Positions 1 to 7,956 of a stretch of 13,226 bases of DNA are shown here, one piece after another; within the stretch, counting starts at the first letter, position 1, and each line of letters starts with the position of its first letter. Both the position numbers and the translations under genes were made by a program. Source of the stretch: Promethearchaeota archaeon (GTDB lineage Archaea; Asgardarchaeota; Lokiarchaeia; Sigyniarchaeales; SOKP01); contig JBHLON010000062.1 of assembly GCA_048940445.1 (NCBI GenBank), forward strand, positions 1 to 13,226. Reading direction: 5' to 3'. The notes beneath the pieces were generated by a model, which made no database searches, was not told the origin of the DNA, and worked only from the letters and a program-made list of their open reading frames with translations.

Positions 1-2
1 CA

Positions 3-1355
3 ATGAAATTATCCAAATTAATAATACTACTAGCTGGAATTTCAATATTTATAATTGGAGCTATTTTAATTGGATTTACTATTTGGAATATTATCATTCC
101 TACACCTAAAGCAGAGATAATTGAGTGGAATAGTACATGGGGTGGTGACGGAAATGATTATGGCAATGGAATAGCAATAGATTCATTAGATAATGTGTAT
201 ATAGTGGGATCTACAGGGAGCTTCGGAGCGGGAAGTTCTGATATTGTTTTAGTGAAATACAATGAAAATGGTCAAGAACAATGGAATTGCACTTGGGGTG
301 GTGACGGAAATGATTATGGCAATGGAATAGCAATAGATTCATTAGATAATATATATATAGTGGGATCTACAGGGAGCTTCGGAGCGGAAAATAATGATTT
401 TGTATTAGTAAAATATGATAACAATGGCGTGCAACAATGGAATCGCACATGGGATGGAGGTTATGATGATTATGCTAGAGATGTGGCAGTGGATTCATCA
501 GGCAATATATTTATTGTAGGTGATAAATTTAAATTAGCAGAAGACATTGTTGATATTTTGCTGGTAAAATATGATAACAATGGTGTTCAGCAATGGAATT
601 GCACATGGGATAGAGGTTATTATGATTATGGCAATGGAGTGGCAATAGATTCATCAAACGACGTATTTATTGTGGGAGATACGGCGACGAAGAATGGGGA
701 TGGTATGTATAGTTCAGTAGTCCTTGTGAAATATGACCAAAATGGTATCCAACAATGGAATCACACATTGGGCAAAAAAGAAGAAGACAATTTTGGAAAT
801 GCAGTAATAGTGGACACATCAGATAATGTATATCTTGTGGGAACTACCCCGGGTCCAGTGTCAATTTGTGCATTACTGGTAAAATATAATGGAAGTGGCA
901 TAAAAAAATGGAATCGTATATGGGGTGAGTTCTACACTTATAATAGTGGTAATGATGTAGCAGTAGATTTGTTTGGCAATGTATATCTTGTAGGGGCTGC
1001 AGAAAGTGGTTTTGAACCGGGCAATTATGATGCTATATTATTGAAATATGACGGAAACGGCACTTTACAAAACAATTATACATGGGGTGGAGATCAAGTT
1101 GATATTGGCTATGGAGTGGCAGTGAATTCATTAGGTAACGTATATATAGTAGGATATACAAATAGTTTTGGAGCTGGAGAGATTGATATGTTTCTGGTGA
1201 AATATAGGAATATTGGATTATCTTTTAATAATGTTGTAATGATCCAAATTATTGTACCAATAGAGAGTTTACTAGGAGTAATTATAATTTTTATAAAAAA
1301 TCATAACCTTAACTTCATAAACAAGACTAGTATAAAAGATTGTTTTAAGGAGTAG
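3..1355 (+). CDS. Membrane-anchored/secreted SBBP-type beta-propeller repeat protein (7 repeats of about 52 aa)
   Basis: N-terminal hydrophobic segment (LIILLAGISIFIIGAILIGFTIW). Seven repeats of WNxTWGG..D.G.GxAxDS.xNVYIVG..D..LVKYDxNG. Second hydrophobic stretch near the C-terminus (VVMIQIIVPIESLLGVIIIFI). Confidence 0.88.
   Translation: MKLSKLIILLAGISIFIIGAILIGFTIWNIIIPTPKAEIIEWNSTWGGDGNDYGNGIAIDSLDNVYIVGSTGSFGAGSSDIVLVKYNENGQEQWNCTWGGDGNDYGNGIAIDSLDNIYIVGSTGSFGAENNDFVLVKYDNNGVQQWNRTWDGGYDDYARDVAVDSSGNIFIVGDKFKLAEDIVDILLVKYDNNGVQQWNCTWDRGYYDYGNGVAIDSSNDVFIVGDTATKNGDGMYSSVVLVKYDQNGIQQWNHTLGKKEEDNFGNAVIVDTSDNVYLVGTTPGPVSICALLVKYNGSGIKKWNRIWGEFYTYNSGNDVAVDLFGNVYLVGAAESGFEPGNYDAILLKYDGNGTLQNNYTWGGDQVDIGYGVAVNSLGNVYIVGYTNSFGAGEIDMFLVKYRNIGLSFNNVVMIQIIVPIESLLGVIIIFIKNHNLNFINKTSIKDCFKE
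138..387 (+). repeat. Near-identical intragenic direct repeat: 138-231 and 294-387 (94 bp, period 156 bp)
   Basis: TGGGGTGGTGACGGAAATGATTATGGC...CTTCGGAGCGG occurs twice and differs only at GTG vs ATA (2 nt). It encodes the first parts of blades 1 and 2. Confidence 0.95.
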
Positions 1356-1372
1356 AAAAGGTGATTTTTTCA

Positions 1373-1690
1373 TTATGCATAAGCTCCCTTAACAGGGAAT
1401 ATCAAACTTATAATGAGGGCTAGATACATCATAAAAATTAAAATTATACTACCAATGATAATCATAACTGAGAAAACAGATAATTTTTTAGGTAATAGCA
1501 GAAAAATTCCAAAAAAGGTACAAAAAGGTCCATAGAATAATCCAATTATAAAAAATAGTCTACCCAGCTTTCCTGCAAGAGACAATATTGTAAGTACATC
1601 GAATAAGATCCCTACTACTAATAAAAGGATCTTGAATACTAACTTTACAATCTTCTTTCTTCTATAACTGTTAGAACCCATTTTTGTCAT
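1373..1690 (-). CDS. Small hypothetical integral membrane protein (about 3 TM helices)
   Basis: Basic N-terminus (RRKKIVK) followed by three hydrophobic segments. ATG start. Convergent with the beta-propeller gene. Confidence 0.7.
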   Translation of the reverse strand: MTKMGSNSYRRKKIVKLVFKILLLVVGILFDVLTILSLAGKLGRLFFIIGLFYGPFCTFFGIFLLLPKKLSVFSVMIIIGSIILIFMMYLALIISLIFPVKGAYA

Positions 1691-1754
1691 TTATATAAAA
1701 AGAGTAATCCGTTTTTAAAAATTTGCCCATAAAAATTATATTTATAAGGGTGAC

Positions 1755-1774
1755 TTATGGATCGTTGTCCATAA
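1755..1774. promoter_or_regulatory. Perfect inverted repeat TTATGGA-N6-TCCATAA, putative operator
   Basis: Lies between a TATA-like TTTATAA (1741-1747) and the start of the 1797 gene, in a divergent intergenic region. Confidence 0.55.
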
Positions 1775-1796
1775 AAAAAATATGGATGGTGATAGT

Positions 1797-2084
1797 TTGA
1801 AAATATTTGCCTACAACATAACTAAGGAAGAAATCACAATGGATAAATTTCAACCTTTTTTAAAAGAAGTAGCTCAGCATGCTTGGGATCTTTATAAAAG
1901 AGGAATTCTTCGAGAATTTTATTTTAGAACAGATAAGCTGGGTGCTATGTTAATTCTTGAATATAAAGATGTTAATGAAGCTAAAAATTACATTAAAGAA
2001 TTACTATTCGTAAAAGAAGGACTAGTAGAGTATGAATTTGTTCCTGTAGGAGCTTTTGCTCTCTTTGAAAACCTGTTTAAATAA
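1797..2084 (+). CDS. Muconolactone delta-isomerase-like / YciI-like dimeric alpha-beta barrel protein
   Basis: Pattern AQHAWDLYKRGILREFYFR..GAMLILE..DVNEAK..I.EL.FVKEGLVEYEFVPV resembles the MIase-like family as I recall it. TTG at 1797 follows GGTGA (1788-1792); the ORF track starts at 1782. Confidence 0.65.
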   Translation: MKIFAYNITKEEITMDKFQPFLKEVAQHAWDLYKRGILREFYFRTDKLGAMLILEYKDVNEAKNYIKELLFVKEGLVEYEFVPVGAFALFENLFK

Positions 2085-2125
2085 ATTTACTATTATTTTT
2101 CTTATTTTATAATTTTATCTGAAAG

Positions 2126-2860
2126 CTATAACTTCATCTTAAATTCTTGTAAATTATCTGGAGGCCAAGCTCGTGGAGTTGACCCTTTTTTTAAAAATCG
2201 ATGGTCACATATTAGAGCACCATTCCCAATAGTTTGAGTCCGTGAAAATCCATATCCAAATATATTAGCTTGAGCAAAATCGGACAAGCATAAGAAAGGT
2301 GTGTACTTTTCTGCCCCTAACTTTTTAAAGACTTTATGAATTCCACATTCCGTAAAAGTATAACCATAATCAAATGTTTTACCATCACCTTCTACAAACT
2401 CCATAACAAAATCGTCTTGATATTTTTTTTGTTGTGTTGTTTTTGCGTAACTTTTATTAAAATTGATATAAGTGTCGTTAAAATATTGATCTACAGGATT
2501 TTGACCTGATTTTTCTAATTTATGGACTTTTATCGCGTTTACCTTTTCCCAAAACTTATAACTAAATTCCCCAATTTCACGGTAGGTCATACCTGTTTTT
2601 TCAAGAATACGAAAAATTGCTAGCATAGCAACACAATCTATCAGCATAAGTGTGGAAGGATTTTTCTTACCTCCGATATATGGTATTTCTGGGATTAGAT
2701 TCTCATATTCATTTCGCATTTTTTTAAAAATCTCTTCTATTTCCAGTTTATTGAATTTCTTTAGTAATAATTCTTTTGATATATGTAAATACTTATCAAA
2801 TTGATTGTCTAATTTTGTTTTATTTTTCAGATAATAATCATTTACTATTTTAATAGGCAT
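2126..2860 (-). CDS. L-2-amino-thiazoline-4-carboxylic acid hydrolase-family (ATC_hydrolase-like) protein
   Basis: Motifs IPYIGGKKNP, TECGIHK, FLCLSDF and SRTQTIGNGALICDHRF. ATG at 2860 with GGAG upstream; the ORF track uses TTG 2866. Confidence 0.8.
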   Translation of the reverse strand: MPIKIVNDYYLKNKTKLDNQFDKYLHISKELLLKKFNKLEIEEIFKKMRNEYENLIPEIPYIGGKKNPSTLMLIDCVAMLAIFRILEKTGMTYREIGEFSYKFWEKVNAIKVHKLEKSGQNPVDQYFNDTYINFNKSYAKTTQQKKYQDDFVMEFVEGDGKTFDYGYTFTECGIHKVFKKLGAEKYTPFLCLSDFAQANIFGYGFSRTQTIGNGALICDHRFLKKGSTPRAWPPDNLQEFKMKL

Positions 2861-3053
2861 AATCAAATTCTCTCCAATTTTTTTTAGAGTTAAATTAAGT
2901 CTACGTTAAAATATGGATAGTTTCACTTTTAAAATTTACAATGATAACAACTAATGATTTTATTATCATTTTTAATATTAGTTAGGACGTTAGAATTTAT
3001 TTATGGATATCTTGATATAATAGAATTTGTTAGAAGTTGAAAAAGATAAAGAT

Positions 3054-3112
3054 TAAGGGAGGGAAAAGGTAAAGGAAAAGTAATAAAAGATCAATCCAAC
3101 ACCCCTCCCTTA
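3054..3112. repeat. Perfect 10-bp inverted repeat TAAGGGAGGG-N39-CCCTCCCTTA
   Basis: Arms at 3054-3063 and 3103-3112. GC-rich arms in an otherwise AT-rich intergenic region. Confidence 0.8.
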
Positions 3113-3192
3113 GGTACTAATAACGGAAATGAAAAATGTGCCCGTGAAATTCGTGAAAGTTTTACAAATTTTAAAAAAATAAAAAATTTGGA

Positions 3193-3264
3193 TTAATATA
3201 CTATATATGCTGGATTATGAATAACAATTATATCAGATACTCTTAATTTTTCTTTTTTATTCAT
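3193..3264 (-). CDS. Unannotated 23-aa micropeptide MNKKEKLRVSDIIVIHNPAYIVY
   Basis: Manually translated. Strong SD GTGAGGAG just upstream of the ATG (same octamer as before the MFS gene). Starts 43 nt after the 86-aa gene and is followed by T-runs on the minus strand. Confidence 0.55.
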   Translation of the reverse strand: MNKKEKLRVSDIIVIHNPAYIVY

Positions 3265-3307
3265 GTTTCTCTCCTCACATTTTTTTTAATTTTTATTATT
3301 TGGTTTT

Positions 3308-3568
3308 TTAACCCATAAAAAATCTCCCTCTAATAGGAAGGCCGCGCTTGAGCTGGTCGATATGAACTTGCCCCTCTAATATTTTAGCGTTTGATTTGGA
3401 ATTAGCATTTATTTTTGAAAGTCTCTTAATAAATGATCGTGATTTGCTCTGCTCCTCTTTTGCCTTTGTGTATTCTATGCGTTCATCTACTACAGGGAGC
3501 GACTCTACTATACATGCTTTAACCTCTAAGAGGTCTTCTATTCCATGTTTTTCATATACTTGTACCAT
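3308..3568 (-). CDS. 86-aa hypothetical protein, divergent from the wHTH-TPR gene
   Basis: ATG preceded by GGAG with a 9-nt spacer (GGAGTTAAAAAAA-ATG). Charged helical composition. No family recognised. Confidence 0.7.
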   Translation of the reverse strand: MVQVYEKHGIEDLLEVKACIVESLPVVDERIEYTKAKEEQSKSRSFIKRLSKINANSKSNAKILEGQVHIDQLKRGLPIRGRFFMG

Positions 3569-3637
3569 TTTTTTTAACTCCTTTTTTTTAGTTTTTTTCT
3601 TAAGAATTAATAATCACTAACTGCATATTTAGTTTAC

Positions 3638-3696
3638 CTTCATGTTGTTCAGATGGAGTTCGAACTTCATATAATGTTCATATCGACTTATGAATA
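3638..3696. promoter_or_regulatory. Cluster of direct and inverted repeats in the divergent promoter, putative operator array
   Basis: TGTTCAGATGGAGTT (3646-3660) and TGTTCATATCGACTT (3675-3689) match at 12/15, each preceded by CTTCAT. Near-palindrome ATGGAGTTCGAACTTCAT (3653-3670). Inverted repeat TTCATA-N6-TATGAA (3677-3694). Confidence 0.6.
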
Positions 3697-3765
3697 AGTA
3701 ACCTTAAATTGAACTTTTAACAATAATATATTAAGGCAATAGGATAAAGTAAAAGAGTGTTTTTT

Positions 3766-6306
3766 ATGAGTAAAACAGAGCAGATAAACTTACCTCCTGA
3801 TGAAATTTTATCTGATTCTCCAATGGGTAAGAGAAATTTTGAGCATATTATACTCTGGATGTTATATAATAATGATGAATGTGAATGGTCTCATTTTACA
3901 GAAGACCCGGTAGGTATTAGTCAATCAACACTTTCGAATTACAAGAATAGGTTAGAAAGCAAAGGATATATAGAGAATGTCAAGCGAGGGTTCTATAAAA
4001 TTACAACTGCTGGGAGAGAACGATATCATGAGATATCACGAAGAAAGAAAACAAAGAGGAGATTGAATTATCCTCCTAAGGCGGTTTTGAGGAAACGTAA
4101 TTATGATCATTGGATCTTATGGATGTTATATAATAATAGTTATTGCAAATGGAGTGATTTTCTCAGGGAGAATTCACCAGTATATATAAACCAATCATCA
4201 CTTTCAAAGAACTTAAATCTATTAATGGAGAATAATTATGTTCAGAAAGATAATAAGCGTTATAAGATCACTGAAGCGGGAAAGATAGAATATTCTCGCA
4301 TGTTGCGGTTATATGATCTTGATCGTCAATCAATTTTGGAAGAAGAAAGCAAAAGAATTGAAGAGATCACCAAAAAGACTCGTGATTTTTTTAGGAAATA
4401 TAATATTGAGGATAAGGATGTAAAATTTCGTTTTTTAAATAATGTATTAAAGATGGATTATGCCAAAGTCCAGAATTCATTAGATGATGAGGAAGATTTT
4501 AAGAAAATATTATTATTTTTCTCGATAAATCATCCTGATTCATATCCAAGACACATATCTCCAGATGAATTTTCATTAAGATTTGACATAGAAGATATTA
4601 TCTTAAAATTTCATATTCATCAGATTGTAGAGAAGGAGATATATCCAATTAAGTTTTGGAGCTTAAGGTTCGATGGTGATAAAGTCTATTATTTTCAGTC
4701 AGATGAAAAGATTGAGAAAGTGTTACGGGCTATTGTAGATGATTATATTACAAAATTTACTTATTTAAATAAGTTAAGCGGATACCCTTATTATACTATG
4801 TATACCTTAATCGATGATATTATTGAGGACATTTGCAATGATTTATTTCATGGACACTTGAAGGATCCATTACGAGAATTTTTACCAGAATATATTAAAT
4901 ATTTATCTTACAAGGTAGAAACTGAAAAACAGTTAGTTGATCCTTCTGATAAGTTAGAGGGATTTATTTATGAAAATATACCTTCAATGCTTCGAACTTA
5001 TGAAGCAGAGGATTTAGATCATCCTCTTAAAAGGAGCGATGAAGTTAGATATTATTTATATCCAGATGTTTTAAAAGCATTGGCAGAATATTATATAAAA
5101 GACATTAAACCTTTATTTGAAAAAGTCTTATCTTGTATAGATAAGAAAGATGTAAATCAAGCCTTAGAATTAATAGATTCTGCAATTAAGACTGACTCAG
5201 AAAAAATAGAGTTATATATATTAAAGTCAATTGTTCTGTGTCTTTATAGTAACCTGAAAGGAGCTATTGATATTTTAAAGACTCAACTTGATAGATTGGA
5301 AGAATTAGGCCAAGAGGATCTGTTGCCAATAATTTTATTCGTCCTTAGTTTTTTACATTTATCATTAGGTGATTTTAAGAAATCCTTTGACATTTCAGAA
5401 GAAACATTAAAATCTTATACTAATCATCCTATTTCCCATTTGAATAGAGCAATGGTGTTAGGATATAACACAATTTTTGAATGGGACAAAAGTCAAGTTA
5501 AATTAGGAGATATGCTTAAAGAAACAGAGAAAGCTATTTCACTTGAATCTAGCGAATTGAATATATCACGATACTTTCAATTAAAAGCGACAATTTTATT
5601 TGAGTTAAGACAATATGAGGCAGCCTTCGAAGCGATAGATAAGGCGATTGAAATAAGACCTAAAATTATCGACTACTATTATAATAAAATTCTCGGATTT
5701 AACTTAAGCAAGAGATTCGATGAAGCGATAGAATTGATTGGAGAGATAATACCCCAATTTCCTGATGAAAGTAGACATTTATTACATAAAAAGGCATATA
5801 TCTTGGTTAAGATGGGATATTATGAAAATAACCCGAAAAGGTATGAGGAGTCTTATGAAATTTTAGCTAAACTCATAGAACTATATCATAATGATAATGA
5901 TTTAGTTAATAGTATGGTTTATGGTTTAGCTTATTTAGATCGTGAGAAGGAAGCTATAGAATTAGGTAAAAAACTAATAAGCTTAGAGCCTAACAATGGA
6001 AATTATCATGATTCTTATGGAGAGATCTTAATGATGTTCAAACACTATAAGAAAGCGATCGAGTTGTTCAAAACGGCTATAAGTCTTGAACCTTACGGAT
6101 TTTTTGTATATCAGACTTTCATAAAAATGGGGATTTGTTATTATTATCTTAAAGAGTACGATCTAGCCACGCAAATGTTAGAGCAAGGAAAGGATTACAC
6201 CCATTCATGTTTATGTGAAATGGAGAAAAAAGAACATTGGTTAAAGAAAGCAAATAATTATTTATTAAAAATCAAACAAATTGAATTAAATTCTGATGAA
6301 GATTAA
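3766..6306 (+). CDS. Large regulator-like protein: two tandem winged-helix DNA-binding domains + central helical region + C-terminal TPR repeats
   Basis: Duplicated N-terminal unit: KRNFEHIILWMLYNN..ISQSTLSNYKNRLESKGYIE..YKITTAG and KRNYDHWILWMLYNN..INQSSLSKNLNLLMENNYVQ..YKITEAG. TPR-type segments such as YEAAFEAIDKAIEIRP and YKKAIELFKTAISLEP. ATG at 3766; the ORF track uses GTG 3757. Confidence 0.88.
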   Translation: MSKTEQINLPPDEILSDSPMGKRNFEHIILWMLYNNDECEWSHFTEDPVGISQSTLSNYKNRLESKGYIENVKRGFYKITTAGRERYHEISRRKKTKRRLNYPPKAVLRKRNYDHWILWMLYNNSYCKWSDFLRENSPVYINQSSLSKNLNLLMENNYVQKDNKRYKITEAGKIEYSRMLRLYDLDRQSILEEESKRIEEITKKTRDFFRKYNIEDKDVKFRFLNNVLKMDYAKVQNSLDDEEDFKKILLFFSINHPDSYPRHISPDEFSLRFDIEDIILKFHIHQIVEKEIYPIKFWSLRFDGDKVYYFQSDEKIEKVLRAIVDDYITKFTYLNKLSGYPYYTMYTLIDDIIEDICNDLFHGHLKDPLREFLPEYIKYLSYKVETEKQLVDPSDKLEGFIYENIPSMLRTYEAEDLDHPLKRSDEVRYYLYPDVLKALAEYYIKDIKPLFEKVLSCIDKKDVNQALELIDSAIKTDSEKIELYILKSIVLCLYSNLKGAIDILKTQLDRLEELGQEDLLPIILFVLSFLHLSLGDFKKSFDISEETLKSYTNHPISHLNRAMVLGYNTIFEWDKSQVKLGDMLKETEKAISLESSELNISRYFQLKATILFELRQYEAAFEAIDKAIEIRPKIIDYYYNKILGFNLSKRFDEAIELIGEIIPQFPDESRHLLHKKAYILVKMGYYENNPKRYEESYEILAKLIELYHNDNDLVNSMVYGLAYLDREKEAIELGKKLISLEPNNGNYHDSYGEILMMFKHYKKAIELFKTAISLEPYGFFVYQTFIKMGICYYYLKEYDLATQMLEQGKDYTHSCLCEMEKKEHWLKKANNYLLKIKQIELNSDED

Positions 6307-6330
6307 GAGAAAAGAATACGTGACGACATT

Positions 6331-7047
6331 ATGGGATGCAAATTTGTTAAGGGGGTTAAAGAAGATAGCAGATTTGGTAAGGTTTTATCTGTAAATTTTA
6401 ATCCTTTTAAAGTATGTAATTTTAATTGTGTTTATTGTGGCACTGGACCAACAACGGATAAAACTATTGAAAGAAGAGAATTTTATCCACCTGGAGAAAT
6501 TTTTAGAGAAATACGAGAGTATATTGAACTTAAAGGAGAACCCGATTATGTTTGGGTCACGGGATTTGGAGAACCTACCCTCTATGCATCCTTTAAACAG
6601 TTTTCTATGCTGATAAAAAGAGTGTATCCAAATATAAAAATTGGGATTTCGACAAATGGTTCTCTCCTTTCTCGTAAGGAAGTAAGAGACGATTGTTCCC
6701 TCTGTGATTTAATGCTAATTGAAATTGTAAGTGTTTTTCCAGATGAATTTACTGAGATTTGTAGACAACATGAGGATATTTATTTAGAAGATCTGATTGA
6801 AGGTGTAAAAGTATTTCGAAAAACCTTTAGAGGTGAATTAATCATAGTAAGTGTATTTTTAGAAGGAATTAACGATAATCAGAAAAGTTTGCTTGGCTTG
6901 AAAAAATTAATATCAGAGTTACAACCAACTACATTTCTTCTAAAGAATTATGCATGTAGAGGATACAAATCGCTTAATGGGGAATTTAAGAAACTTGCGC
7001 AGAACATATTTAATGATCTACCTATTGAGGTAATCTATAAAATCTAA
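6331..7047 (+). CDS. Radical SAM Fe-S protein (COG0731 / TYW1-related short form)
   Basis: CxxxCxxC motif CNFNCVYC, preceded by SRFGKVLSVN. Also GFGEPTLY and STNGSLL. No SPASM cysteine cluster. Confidence 0.88.
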   Translation: MGCKFVKGVKEDSRFGKVLSVNFNPFKVCNFNCVYCGTGPTTDKTIERREFYPPGEIFREIREYIELKGEPDYVWVTGFGEPTLYASFKQFSMLIKRVYPNIKIGISTNGSLLSRKEVRDDCSLCDLMLIEIVSVFPDEFTEICRQHEDIYLEDLIEGVKVFRKTFRGELIIVSVFLEGINDNQKSLLGLKKLISELQPTTFLLKNYACRGYKSLNGEFKKLAQNIFNDLPIEVIYKI

Positions 7048-7084
7048 TTATTATTAATTTCTAAAATGTTAAGAATAAAGAGAA

Positions 7085-7918
7085 TTGAAGGTTGAGGCTA
7101 AATTGGAAAAGGCAAGATATGTTTATAATGAAAAGGCATCTATATTAGTAAGTATAAAGGAGTTAATAAGGAATAACTTAAAGGGATTCGCAGAATTTTT
7201 AGAACATATTCAGAAAGAAAAGCCACATTTAATAGATGCATACCTTGAAGAAGTAATTTCTAAATGTAATATAAATGAGGATTATGGAATTATTGTTGCT
7301 GGAGAGGATGAAATTTTTCAAAATAATCCTAAACTGCTCAACTCAAGCATTAATATAATATTGAATTTACTGAATTATACCAGATACCAAAAGGACTCCA
7401 ATGATGAAAAAATTAATATAAATATGGTAGATCTTGTCAAAGTATATACTAATTTTGATTATATTCAAGCTAGCTCATTATTAAGAGTCATGTCAAGAGA
7501 AGAAGCAATAAGCTTCATTAAAGAATACATTTCACAGCAAGTTAAGAAAAAAAATAACCCAAATAATTATTATAATAACTTTGAAGAGTTAATTGAAAAT
7601 TTTGTGAGTATTAATAAGACATGGCAAGCTCATGATGGGAAGATAATGATAGTTAATGGAAATAAAATGATTTTAAAAGTTAATAAATGTAGATGGGCTG
7701 AAGAGCTACTAGAACAGGGATGTGATAAAGAACTCTGCTTTTCTATGATGTGTTATCAAGATTTTGCACAAGTGAAAAACTATAATCCAAGTTTCACCTT
7801 AACAAGGACTAAAACAATAATGCAAGGAGATGATTATTGTGATTTTTGTTATCATGATAACCGTGCCCTTGAAGAGATAAATCACCCTTCTATTGAATTT
7901 TGGAAAAATTTTGATTAA
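7085..7918 (+). CDS. Protein with a C-terminal ATC_hydrolase-like domain
   Basis: KVNKCRWAE, MMCYQDF and NPSFTLTRTKTIMQGDDYCDFCY motifs. TTG start is uncertain. Confidence 0.8.
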   Translation: MKVEAKLEKARYVYNEKASILVSIKELIRNNLKGFAEFLEHIQKEKPHLIDAYLEEVISKCNINEDYGIIVAGEDEIFQNNPKLLNSSINIILNLLNYTRYQKDSNDEKININMVDLVKVYTNFDYIQASSLLRVMSREEAISFIKEYISQQVKKKNNPNNYYNNFEELIENFVSINKTWQAHDGKIMIVNGNKMILKVNKCRWAEELLEQGCDKELCFSMMCYQDFAQVKNYNPSFTLTRTKTIMQGDDYCDFCYHDNRALEEINHPSIEFWKNFD

Positions 7919-7956
7919 AATATAATCCTTTATTTTTGAAAAAAGAGAATAAGATA

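Noticed and set aside
138-387. Repeat pair as a CRISPR array or DGR template/variable repeat
   Set aside because: Only two in-frame coding copies of 94 bp. No cas or reverse transcriptase gene lies in the window. Two mismatches are too few to argue for adenine-directed mutagenesis.
3396-3620. 74-aa + strand ORF
   Set aside because: Antisense to the RBS-supported 86-aa gene, and its tail is translated poly-T.
3629-3670. 13-aa minus-strand ORF MKFELHLNNMKVN in the divergent promoter
   Set aside because: No RBS; better explained as a by-product of the ATGAA operator-like repeats.
6428-6613. 61-aa + strand ORF
   Set aside because: Alternative frame inside the radical SAM gene.
6331-7047. Assigning taw1/TYW1 to the radical SAM gene
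   Set aside because: It lacks the N-terminal second-cluster region of true wyosine synthases, so only family-level similarity is supportable.
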